A stretch of 47,602 bases of DNA from a virus. Its lineage: Duplodnaviria > Caudoviricetes. Within the stretch, counting starts at the first letter, position 1. Each line of letters begins with the position of its first letter. The stretch is from the IMG/VR virus record IMGVR_UViG_3300033475_000043, positions 1-47,602 of that record. One strand, given 5' to 3'. A program made the position numbers and the translations under genes. Positions 6,381 to 14,105 of the stretch are shown piece after piece. Below the pieces are notes generated by a model. That model did no database searches. It saw only the letters and a list, made by a program, of their open reading frames with translations, and was not told where the DNA came from.

Positions 6381-6569
6381 ATGAGCATTTATACTCCGCC
6401 TCCATCAACCCTCCGTATCGAGCACAAATCAGACGGATGGTACGTCATGGACAAATTCGGACCGTGCTATGGTCCGGTTACCTCCGTGATGGAAGCTACC
6501 GACATAATTCATGCGGCGCATGAAGCATGGTCAGGCGCCTCGGCGTGGTTTCCGCGAAAAGATAAATAG
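6381..6569 (+). CDS. Array ORF: 62 aa protein, apparent paralog of 4386-4508
   Basis: MSIYTPPPSTLRIEHKSDGWYVMDKFGPCYGPVTSVMEATDII...; bounded by motifs. Confidence 0.7.
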   Translation: MSIYTPPPSTLRIEHKSDGWYVMDKFGPCYGPVTSVMEATDIIHAAHEAWSGASAWFPRKDK

Positions 6570-6577
6570 GCCCCCCC

Positions 6578-6646
6578 ATGACTGAGTGCCGTATCGCACA
6601 GCAAAAGCAAAATGATCTTATCGAATCGTTGCCTCACAGCGTTTAA
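6578..6646 (+). CDS. Terminal array ORF: 22 aa, possibly a remnant
   Basis: MTECRIAQQKQNDLIESLPHSV follows the last motif and overlaps a convergent gene. Confidence 0.3.
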   Translation: MTECRIAQQKQNDLIESLPHSV

Positions 6647-6818
6647 GATCTTGAGTCATTATTGCACAATCCTGCACACGTTCGTGGCGCCGCTCCCGAT
6701 CAAGCTTGACAACAATCGCCATTATCAAAACGATTACGCCAAGCAGGCATATGGCAAGCGTGGCGTGATCACTCATCGCAGGCATCCAGAGCCAAATTTG
6801 CGTATCCTGAAATATCAA
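6618..6818 (-). CDS. Small single-TM protein
   Basis: Hydrophobic segment LAICLLGVIVLIMAIVV; start uncertain. Confidence 0.5.
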   Translation of the reverse strand: MIFQDTQIWLWMPAMSDHATLAICLLGVIVLIMAIVVKLDRERRHERVQDCAIMTQDLKRCEATIR

Positions 6819-7023
6819 GCCAATGATCTTTGAAATTGTAATGTCCAGATAAGATTCGAGACATTTTCAAAGCAATCATGTCAAGCGCTTCACGATGCAC
6901 ATCAGGCAAGTCGTCGCATTCTGCAATGATATGCTTGATCTTTTGAGAAATCCGTGCATTTGCCTCAAAATCTCCGTGAGTCTTGTTGCGTTCTTTAAGC
7001 AACATGGCAACAGGCTTAGTCAT
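6769..7023 (-). CDS. DUF6378-like phage protein
   Basis: L.ER..THGDF...MIALKMSRI.....DHWLDISGYA pattern. Confidence 0.75.
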   Translation of the reverse strand: MTKPVAMLLKERNKTHGDFEANARISQKIKHIIAECDDLPDVHREALDMIALKMSRILSGHYNFKDHWLDISGYANLALDACDE

Positions 7024-7038
7024 TCAGACCTCTCAAAG

Positions 7039-7073
7039 AAAAAGCCCGGCAATGACCGAAGTCATAGCCGGGC
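7039..7073 (-). terminator. Rho-independent terminator of the late/lysis operon
   Basis: Minus-strand hairpin GCCCGGCTATGAC-TTCG-GTCATTGCCGGGC followed by TTTTTCTTT. Confidence 0.85.
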
Positions 7074-7117
7074 AAGTTTAGGGAGGGACACGCCCCATGA
7101 GGGGGCACCGGACGACC

Positions 7118-7504
7118 TTACGGTCGAATGTCGATGCGTGCAGCTTGTAGGACAGCAATTGCCTGTTCTGCTATGCGTAAGCGTTCGTCAATATCATTGA
7201 GCCTTTTATGTATATCGGCGATATCAAGACGAAGCTCCGTCATAATTCCTATCCGAGATGAACCAACAACTTCAATCAGATCTGAGCGCAATAAATTGAT
7301 ATCAAGCTGTTGTTGTAATCTTATCCGTTCTCGCATAGCATCTTCTTCTGCCTCACGTTTGGTTTGTTCCCAAATATCTTCATCTCGTCCGCGCAGGCCC
7401 TTACGATTGCCAATTAAGTAAAGAATAAACCCTGCCAATAAAGCACCCATTGCCGCTGCGGCTTGCAGAAGCGGTGGCCACTTATCTACCTCCAAACCGC
7501 CCAT
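7118..7504 (-). CDS. Membrane-anchored coiled-coil protein (lysis region)
   Basis: N-terminal TM followed by a coiled coil. Confidence 0.65.
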   Translation of the reverse strand: MGGLEVDKWPPLLQAAAAMGALLAGFILYLIGNRKGLRGRDEDIWEQTKREAEEDAMRERIRLQQQLDINLLRSDLIEVVGSSRIGIMTELRLDIADIHKRLNDIDERLRIAEQAIAVLQAARIDIRP

Positions 7505-7916
7505 CGCTCGCCGCCCTGTAAGTCGAATACAATTCTGCCAAAAACAGAACTGTATAAACCGGGATTCCCGGACTAGGCGGAGTACCCTGCGCCGGTATTA
7601 GCAATACTAGTGCGATCGCCAACTGCAGCCAAACAACACCTGATAACAAGGCAGAGAAAGCACGAATTCGTGATCCGTAAATATGCCATTTACCGTTAGC
7701 GATAAGAGCAAAAGCACGAAACATTCCTACTGCGATGAAAAATGCGGTTAGTGCATGCACATCTCCAATAACTAGTAACAAGAGGCGAAAAGAGCTCGCA
7801 CCCATGGCGGCCGGCCAGATTAACAGATGAACTCCAATCCCTAGCATCAAGGCCGTCATTAACCATTCAGCCGCCCGGTTGCTGCAGCACCTTCCGGGAG
7901 GAATTGATGTAGTCAT
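7482..7916 (-). CDS. Multi-pass membrane protein (lysis region)
   Basis: About 4 hydrophobic helices. Confidence 0.7.
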   Translation of the reverse strand: MTTSIPPGRCCSNRAAEWLMTALMLGIGVHLLIWPAAMGASSFRLLLLVIGDVHALTAFFIAVGMFRAFALIANGKWHIYGSRIRAFSALLSGVVWLQLAIALVLLIPAQGTPPSPGIPVYTVLFLAELYSTYRAASDGRFGGR

Positions 7917-8323
7917 TACACGGTTTTGGGTAGGAGTGTGATTACCTTCGCGTCGGTCAGCTTGCCATAAATGCCGTCGACGGTAATGCCAATCTTGGCT
8001 TGCAATTTCTTTACTGCGGCGCCGGTTAATGGCCCGTACATGCCATCAACATCAAGGCCGGCGCTAACCAGCACATTACAGACTCGTTGCACGTAGCGAA
8101 CGAAATCAGAATTGAGAGTCAGAACAGAGCCGGCTATCACTTGCGCTTGTGGCGCCGCACCAGGAAAAAACTGCGTTGCGATATCAACCGCATATTTAAC
8201 GACTTGTGGAAGCGCCGCTTCAATCTTGGTTAGGTAATCTTCATTCGATGTGGCGAGATTCCAAAGGGCGCCGACAACCGGCCCATATTTTTCAGCCAAA
8301 GCGATAAGAGCAAGCCAATTCAT
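7916..8323 (-). CDS. Peptidoglycan-binding domain (PG_binding_1) protein
   Basis: VRYVQ...LDVDGMYGPLTGAAVKKLQAKIGITVDGIYGKLT. Confidence 0.8.
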   Translation of the reverse strand: MNWLALIALAEKYGPVVGALWNLATSNEDYLTKIEAALPQVVKYAVDIATQFFPGAAPQAQVIAGSVLTLNSDFVRYVQRVCNVLVSAGLDVDGMYGPLTGAAVKKLQAKIGITVDGIYGKLTDAKVITLLPKTV

Positions 8324-8335
8324 AGCTAAGTTCTC

Positions 8336-8635
8336 CTAGGATGATGGATGCCACGCTGGCCAACCGTTGCAGTGGGCGCGTTCGTGGCGGTAGAGGCTAG
8401 AATTGTAGGCGTAACGCCAGATCTGTATTACGCAGACGGGCGGGTTGCTCGGCCATACGAAGGAATACCCGTAGACCGGCCAAAAAGCCCCAACGGCGAA
8501 CGGAGTCAGGTTCTTGAGTACAAGGACGCGGCCGGCAAATGGATGCACGTAGCGGGCTGGTGGCGTTGCCCAGCGTGGGTCTGCATTAGCACTAAACGAG
8601 AAGCAGACCGCTAAGGCGACGAGAACCCTTCTCAA
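8336..8635 (-). CDS. Secreted small protein with HExxH motif
   Basis: Signal peptide MRRVLVALAVCFSFSANA; HERAHC near the C-terminus. Confidence 0.65.
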   Translation of the reverse strand: MRRVLVALAVCFSFSANADPRWATPPARYVHPFAGRVLVLKNLTPFAVGAFWPVYGYSFVWPSNPPVCVIQIWRYAYNSSLYRHERAHCNGWPAWHPSS

Positions 8636-8958
8636 GGCGGAGAATTGCCCGCTGGTGCGTTTTCAAGGTGCACCGGTAGCGACCCCACGAGCTGCGATGA
8701 TTTTCCAACGGGCGGCCCGTTTTGGGCGATCAGCGCGCCAACCGCCTGATCCTTTGCAGCAGAGCCGCGGCTCGAGCCGAAATACCATTGCACGACGGCG
8801 CCGGCATGACCGGCCAATACACCTGCAAGGCCAACCAATAAGGTTTTGATGTCGGCCTCGACTCGCGGCGGGTAAAACGTCCATAACACCAGAAGTCCCA
8901 TAAAGCCGCAGGTGATAATGAGCCCAAGAAACTTTTGAAACCAGTCGTTCATGTTCAT
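8632..8958 (-). CDS. Holin-like two-TM protein
   Basis: Two TMs followed by the WYFGSSRGS motif seen in phage holins. Confidence 0.7.
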   Translation of the reverse strand: MNMNDWFQKFLGLIITCGFMGLLVLWTFYPPRVEADIKTLLVGLAGVLAGHAGAVVQWYFGSSRGSAAKDQAVGALIAQNGPPVGKSSQLVGSLPVHLENAPAGNSPP

Positions 8959-9212
8959 GACTGCGCGTCCTTAACCTCTGCCTCTAGAATTGGAAGCAAA
9001 TCGTTTATGGCCGGCCCTACGGCTGGCCAGTGCTTTTGAATTATGGGAATGACTTCGGCGAGAAAGTCGGCGATCGGCGATTCGTCCTTGATGACGCGAT
9101 CCCAACTCGCGGCGAGCCTTCCCGCCATTTTTCCAAGCCGTGCGCCCCACGGCGCGCTTATCATTAACGGCAGCGTATTCGCGGCCAGACCAAGAGCGGT
9201 CTTCGGATCCAT
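8955..9212 (-). CDS. Hypothetical protein
   Basis: ATGA overlap with the holin; GAAGGG upstream. Confidence 0.55.
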   Translation of the reverse strand: MDPKTALGLAANTLPLMISAPWGARLGKMAGRLAASWDRVIKDESPIADFLAEVIPIIQKHWPAVGPAINDLLPILEAEVKDAQS

Positions 9213-9708
9213 AGATTTTCCCTTCAGGATTGCCGGCGATTGTGAAAATCACTCGCCCAAATTGAGCCAAGACACGACGAAGGTTTGCCATGAACTCCGC
9301 ATACACCGCGGCGCCGCCCACGATCCCAATGCAGCCCAAAGTGTAAGGACCGCGCAGTGCGTGAATCTCAAGCTCGGTTCGTGGCGCGTTCGGGTATCGC
9401 GGATCCGCGGCCATCCCCTCTTCAGGCTGGCCGAGCTGTGTCAGAAGCCAGCGCGGTCCAATGCGTAGAGGATCGAAATCAGTTCCCTGGAAGGGACCGA
9501 TTTCATAAGTTCCGAAAGGCACCGCTCCACGGCCGAGTCCTCCGGTGACGAACAAGTATTGTCCGAGGACAATGTTGCGCTCGATGTCGCGGAGAATGAT
9601 GCGGCCGGAATTGAAATGTCCTTGTGCGCGCTCATTCAGATGTATCTCTAAGCCCTGCCCCGCCGCTGGTACTGTCCAAAAGAGCAGTACCATCCCTAGC
9701 CACCTCAC
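8971..9708 (-). CDS. Secreted Tlde1/DUF2778-like (L,D-transpeptidase fold) protein
   Basis: Signal peptide; GAVPFGTYEIG and LEIH......TLGCIG motifs. The C-terminal ~80 aa overlap the next gene. Confidence 0.5.
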   Translation of the reverse strand: MRWLGMVLLFWTVPAAGQGLEIHLNERAQGHFNSGRIILRDIERNIVLGQYLFVTGGLGRGAVPFGTYEIGPFQGTDFDPLRIGPRWLLTQLGQPEEGMAADPRYPNAPRTELEIHALRGPYTLGCIGIVGGAAVYAEFMANLRRVLAQFGRVIFTIAGNPEGKIYGSEDRSWSGREYAAVNDKRAVGRTAWKNGGKARRELGSRHQGRIADRRLSRRSHSHNSKALASRRAGHKRFASNSRGRG

Positions 9709-10277
9709 GATTCCTCGTGGGCTTTGCCCTGCGCGGCTGCAACCGGCGACTGTGCCGCTACCGGTGCGTTCGCCATGCGCAGAGATATTGCCTTAACCTC
9801 CGCGACGCGTCTGCCCCAACCCACACCGAAATGCGGCCAAGTGCGAAGCGCTTTCAGAAAAGCTAAGCGCTCATCATTGACGCAAATAACTATCTTATGC
9901 GGATCAGCGGCCTTCGCTGCGGCAATCGTTACCGGTCCAATCACGCCATCAACTGCAACACCAAGGCAGCGTTGCAGAACCTTGGGCGCGCGTCCAATCC
10001 CGCTGTTCACGCCGTAGTCAAAGACGGAATAGTCGACACCGGCTGGGAGGTCGTCGCAGTGCATCGCGTCCCAATATTTGGACTTGTAAATGTCCTTGGC
10101 CACAGAGAGCGGCATCGCCCTTACGTCCGCGGCCGTCGCATCGTGCTTCCAATACTTACGCGCATCGTAAATTGTAATGCCGTAATTTGTCGGGCCGCCA
10201 GGATCATGTGGATCGTTCGTATAGCCGCCCTCGTGGACTAGGACATGCTTCAAGGCTTCGTCATAGGACGATTGCAT
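9705..10277 (-). CDS. Endolysin, glycoside hydrolase family 108 with PG-binding_3 domain
   Basis: HEGGYTNDPHDPGGPTNYGIT, FDYGVNSG and FGVGWGRRV. Confidence 0.92.
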   Translation of the reverse strand: MQSSYDEALKHVLVHEGGYTNDPHDPGGPTNYGITIYDARKYWKHDATAADVRAMPLSVAKDIYKSKYWDAMHCDDLPAGVDYSVFDYGVNSGIGRAPKVLQRCLGVAVDGVIGPVTIAAAKAADPHKIVICVNDERLAFLKALRTWPHFGVGWGRRVAEVKAISLRMANAPVAAQSPVAAAQGKAHEES

Positions 10278-10287
10278 AAGTCACCTT

Positions 10288-10623
10288 TCAAGAGTTTGGA
10301 GGTGGAGCAAAGAAACACTTACGAGTTCCGCCCCATTCGCAGCGCCAGAATTTACCGTCTGGCGACGGTTGTGCTTCCGAATACGGAACTACTTCATTTA
10401 TCCAACGTGCTACAGCCCATTGTGTTTTTGGAATCAATAAATGGACTTGGTAGCCTTGGCTTGTTGCCTTTACTGACTCGTCTGGCAGTTCTTTGCAGTC
10501 ATGCTCCCCACAGCATAGGTCTCCGACCGCGTTTCTGTAGCGTCCATCTTGGATCCACTGCGCCGGTCCGTGTGCGTAGGCAGGGACGCAAAGCAATAGC
10601 ATCGCGAGAATAAAGACCCTCAT
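10288..10623 (-). CDS. Secreted Cys-rich hypothetical protein
   Basis: Signal peptide; CCGEHDC...SPDGKFWRC...CFF. Confidence 0.75.
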   Translation of the reverse strand: MRVFILAMLLLCVPAYAHGPAQWIQDGRYRNAVGDLCCGEHDCKELPDESVKATSQGYQVHLLIPKTQWAVARWINEVVPYSEAQPSPDGKFWRCEWGGTRKCFFAPPPNS

Positions 10624-10643
10624 TACAGCCCTTTGTTTTGGAA

Positions 10644-10811
10644 CTACTTTGGAATATTCGGACGGACGTTTTGCGACGGATTTTGTGCCGTAGCTATCTT
10701 TTGCCTGAAATAAGCAACAGCGTCGAAAGCTTCCATTCCAGATTGACGCAATGCCCTATCAAATATCTGGAACAATGCCGATACTTCTTTATCATCAAGA
10801 TTCAATTGCAT
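10644..10811 (-). CDS. 55 aa hypothetical protein (not in ORF track)
   Basis: GAGGTG SD; MQLNLDDKEVSALFQIFDRALRQSGMEAFDAVAYFRQKI... Confidence 0.65.
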   Translation of the reverse strand: MQLNLDDKEVSALFQIFDRALRQSGMEAFDAVAYFRQKIATAQNPSQNVRPNIPK

Positions 10812-10823
10812 GTGTTCACCTCT

Positions 10824-11099
10824 TTATAGAAGAGCGTATAAATAAGAAATTTGCGTAGGTGCGCCTGAATTTAGCGTGAATGTAATCTGCGTGATGGCAC
10901 CGCCTGCATTGGTAAAGTTTTGAGCGGTTAGATTTGGCCGACCTGCTGCGCTCATTGCCGCTGCGGCTGCGGCTGCCAATTCTGGATCCTTTGCCATACG
11001 ATCATTGAACTGATTCAATGCCTGCGCATTGGCAAGAAACGTATTTATTGTTGAGATAAAAGTGCGAGCGAATGTAATAGCGTCTTGTGAAGAAGACAT
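10824..11099 (-). CDS. Hypothetical protein, possible fibre chaperone
   Basis: GAGGA SD; directly follows the fibre gene. Confidence 0.65.
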   Translation of the reverse strand: MSSSQDAITFARTFISTINTFLANAQALNQFNDRMAKDPELAAAAAAAMSAAGRPNLTAQNFTNAGGAITQITFTLNSGAPTQISYLYALL

Positions 11100-11122
11100 T
11101 GATATTTCCTCTTTTTAGATTG

Positions 11123-13408
11123 TCACCACGCTGTTGTGCTTGCTGCGAGATAGTAGGTCGTACCTGCGATTGATATCTGTAGTCGATGATCAGCAGTGAA
11201 GTTAGCCGCCACAGTTGCCGCAGCTATTGACGTATCAGTCGATACATTCCCGCTGGCGTCGTTAACCAGAATGCCATCTGTGGTTAGTGGAGCGATATTG
11301 ATATTGTTGGCAAACGTCCATTTGCTGGAATTTGTTAGATTATAATCTAATCGATTAACGCTATTCACACCCAGCATGATGACGTTTGACGTATCAGATC
11401 CAGGATCAATGCTATCGCCAAGGATTAGATTACTGCTGCCGTGAACAACACTTGATCCGGTATCAACCCCCAGAAAATTATTAAAGCCTCCGTTAGTTAC
11501 GTTCTTGCCTGATCTCGCGCCAATGTAAACGCCGGCGTTGTTATCCAATATCGTGCGCCGTTGCCCAGTGGCAGCATCAGAAAGAATAATTGCATTGGAT
11601 TTTCCTGTTAATCCCGGGTCAGCACCAAGAACAATGTTATTGCTTTCGGTCACATAAGCATTTCCAGCACCGAACCCGATACAGATATTCTGTACGCCAA
11701 CAGTAATGTTGGAACCTGCGCCATATCCAAGGGCGACGTTCCCCTGTCCTCCGTTTAAACTTTGTAATGTTGCCGTCCCAACAGCGACGTTGAAATTATC
11801 ATGCTGGCTAGCAACCATAGACAGCTCGCCAATTGCTACATTGAATGATCCATCAATCATTGCGGCCATAGCACCTTGGCCAAGAGCCATGTTATTTTGG
11901 CCGGTAGTTAGGTTTTGAAGTGCAGCATAACCGATGGCGACATTAAATTGGCCGGTGGTGCATTGATTCAGGGAAAAGTATCCCTGCGACATATTTCCGA
12001 CACCGGTCGTCAAACTGACCTGAGAACCGACTCCCTCTCCGAAATTCCTATTTCCTGTTTGTGTGAAATTACCTGCACCCCCGATGAATGCGTTAGCCCC
12101 ACTCGGATCGTCCTTCATGAAGGCGATGTTGAAAGTTACACCTGATGAAGCCATGTATTCGTAAGCGGCATCTGTACCGGCAATAACGGTCGGGTTACCC
12201 GTTAATGTATCAATAAAGAAATTTGCAGCACCTCCAAACGAGCCGCCGTTGTTGTATTGAACAGAATTGTTTGGAGTGCTTGGAGGTCCACCAAAAGGAA
12301 CCCAATCTGTAATGCCTGAACCGTCTGTCTGTAGGACATAGCCACTTGTTCCAGCATTATCCGGAAGCTTCATAGTCCAGCTACCGGCCGCATCCTGCGT
12401 CGTCAGATTAACAACGCCACTTGTCTTTCCGACGAGATTAATGTTTCCAGTGTTCGACCCCAACAGTCCAATATTGAGCTTGCCCTCAAACGTATTTTGA
12501 GAACCGCCACCAAAACTATACATGTTCCAACTATTCGTTGCACATACCGAAGTCTGGTCTTCGATATATGCACCGTAAACGTCAGTAGCTTGTACGGCAG
12601 GACTACCAAGGTATACAGGCTGCGCAACCCTGACACCAATCGCCAGCGGAGTAAAGCACGAAGGACCGTCGAGCGTTGGCTGCGCGTACAGCGCAACCAA
12701 TTGCGAGGCCGAAGAGTCTGGAGCTGACAAATGTGCGTCAGCCCATACCCCGTAAACGCTAGTATTTGGATTGACGTTCTGGGATTCGCCTATGCTATAG
12801 GAGCCAATCACACCAGTTGCGTTCGAACTACCAGCGACTGGACTAAACCCGCCAGCGAAAAAACCGCCATAGATCCAATCGACTGGGCCTGTCCCTCCAT
12901 ATAAGGCAGTTCCAAATATGCCTTCTATGTTGAAGAACGGCCCGGTGGAATCCGTATTGATGAAACATTCAAAGTCCGCGCCTACTGCAATCGCTGCGTT
13001 CGTCCCCGTATGCTTGAAGGCCCCATAACCAGCGACAACATCTATAAAATCATAGCCACTTAGATCGCCATCGAAATATGCTTGCTCGAACAATGGTACC
13101 GGCACATTAAATGTCTGCCCATATGTTGGATCGTTCTGGAATGTGACAAGCTGACCAAACGTAGCGCCGTTTCCAAACGCTGCGCCTAGCTTCGCCTCAA
13201 TTCCAGTTCCCGGTGTCCAAGTTAAATTAGCATCTCCATCAAATGCACCTGAATTATTAAACTGAATATGAGTATTCGATCCACCAGGTATCCCACTCCC
13301 ACCGCCGCCTGTCGGCTTGGGGAATCTTCTGACATGGCCGTCAGAGGTTAGGCCGAGATATGTTTCGTTCCCGTCTCCTGTTACGACGGGATAGTCAACA
13401 ACTTGCAT
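11123..13408 (-). CDS. Tail/head fibre protein 2 with beta-strand (N.A.G..A) repeats
   Basis: Gly/Ser/Thr/Asn-rich; PGGS....QFNN.G.F modules; 14-residue NVAIG..AL repeats. Confidence 0.8.
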   Translation of the reverse strand: MQVVDYPVVTGDGNETYLGLTSDGHVRRFPKPTGGGGSGIPGGSNTHIQFNNSGAFDGDANLTWTPGTGIEAKLGAAFGNGATFGQLVTFQNDPTYGQTFNVPVPLFEQAYFDGDLSGYDFIDVVAGYGAFKHTGTNAAIAVGADFECFINTDSTGPFFNIEGIFGTALYGGTGPVDWIYGGFFAGGFSPVAGSSNATGVIGSYSIGESQNVNPNTSVYGVWADAHLSAPDSSASQLVALYAQPTLDGPSCFTPLAIGVRVAQPVYLGSPAVQATDVYGAYIEDQTSVCATNSWNMYSFGGGSQNTFEGKLNIGLLGSNTGNINLVGKTSGVVNLTTQDAAGSWTMKLPDNAGTSGYVLQTDGSGITDWVPFGGPPSTPNNSVQYNNGGSFGGAANFFIDTLTGNPTVIAGTDAAYEYMASSGVTFNIAFMKDDPSGANAFIGGAGNFTQTGNRNFGEGVGSQVSLTTGVGNMSQGYFSLNQCTTGQFNVAIGYAALQNLTTGQNNMALGQGAMAAMIDGSFNVAIGELSMVASQHDNFNVAVGTATLQSLNGGQGNVALGYGAGSNITVGVQNICIGFGAGNAYVTESNNIVLGADPGLTGKSNAIILSDAATGQRRTILDNNAGVYIGARSGKNVTNGGFNNFLGVDTGSSVVHGSSNLILGDSIDPGSDTSNVIMLGVNSVNRLDYNLTNSSKWTFANNINIAPLTTDGILVNDASGNVSTDTSIAAATVAANFTADHRLQISIAGTTYYLAASTTAW

Positions 13409-13410
13409 TC

Positions 13411-13686
13411 TTACTTATCCCTGACTTTTACTGTTACTGACTGATCGATCACCCGGCCAATAAGCGTCGTAATCCGGTTCGTCAGATGATAATTTTGGCC
13501 GGACGTCCCTCCGGTCAGCCAAATGATCGTTTTTAAATCTGTGAAATCGTCTGACGTTTTTGTAATACCGCTAGGAACAACCCACGTCGATGCAACAATC
13601 GTATCGGCCGGACTATCGGTCGCGAGCTCGTTATCCCATTTGATCTCATAGTCGAGCGTTTCATCTGGATCTTTAAGGAAGCTCAT
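13411..13686 (-). CDS. Fibre adaptor / small structural protein
   Basis: FLKDPDETLDY..W...I..STW...IWLTGG..G..Y...N.ITT pattern seen in phage adaptor proteins. Confidence 0.7.
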   Translation of the reverse strand: MSFLKDPDETLDYEIKWDNELATDSPADTIVASTWVVPSGITKTSDDFTDLKTIIWLTGGTSGQNYHLTNRITTLIGRVIDQSVTVKVRDK

Positions 13687-14105
13687 TAGACCGCCCCGCC
13701 TTTACGACCCAACGGGTCGACTGTGAATATACGAGAATCTTCTGGCTCGCTATCACGCGAGCTAGCGGCAACATCCTTAACCCTACTATCGCCAACCGAT
13801 GCCGCCGACCGCTGAGATAAAGCAACCCGCAAGTCACGAGGCCTTGTCGGCGTTATTGACCGTCCATTTGGATCAACACGAACCGCCCGAACGGTAGACG
13901 GCGCAACTTGCCTCGCGACGGCTGCAATTCTTAAACAACGATCATGAGACGGGAACGCCGTAATAGTTCTTATATCGCGGGGGACGTCAAAGATCTGTCG
14001 TGGCGTAATCGTAACCGCGACGAGTTCGTAAATGATGTCGTCCGTTTCATCCCGTAGCGGATCATTGAATTCATCTCGGATCGGAACGTGGCGAAATTGA
14101 ACCAT
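13686..14105 (-). CDS. Structural protein with N-terminal acidic PIxDE tag
   Basis: Position in the tail module; shares an N-terminal motif with three other genes. Confidence 0.6.
   Translation of the reverse strand: MVQFRHVPIRDEFNDPLRDETDDIIYELVAVTITPRQIFDVPRDIRTITAFPSHDRCLRIAAVARQVAPSTVRAVRVDPNGRSITPTRPRDLRVALSQRSAASVGDSRVKDVAASSRDSEPEDSRIFTVDPLGRKGGAV

Larger units (their letters stand above)
2961..6580 (+). repeat. Dispersed junction motif TA(G|AAG|AAAG)GCCC-N2-7-ATG, ~19-20 copies separating micro-ORFs
   Basis: TAGGCCC at 3092, 3649, 4098, 4376, 4506, 4668, 4846, 5220, 5418, 6367, 6567. TAAAGGCCC at 2967, 5017, 5618. TAAAAGGCCC at 3202, 3896. Variants at 3178, 3311, 3469, 4299. Confidence 0.92.

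Noticed and set aside
3744-6569. ORF-track starts at 3744, 4317, 4748, 4887 and 6342
   Set aside because: These extensions overlap upstream array genes. The in-frame ATGs right after the motif (3909, 4386, 4856, 5031, 6381) give a non-overlapping tiling.
2961-6580. CRISPR array interpretation of the recurring motif
   Set aside because: The conserved part is only ~7-15 nt, the intervals vary from ~75 to 750 nt and are ORFs, and no cas genes are present.
3-6580. Classical integron (intI + attC cassettes)
   Set aside because: No RYYYAAC...GTTRRRY attC palindromes lie between ORFs (intergenic gaps are mostly 6-11 nt), and the integrase lacks the IntI insertion.
8955-9708. Rz/Rz1-like nested spanin pair
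   Set aside because: The nested ORF has no lipobox Cys, and the outer ORF looks enzymatic rather than coiled-coil.
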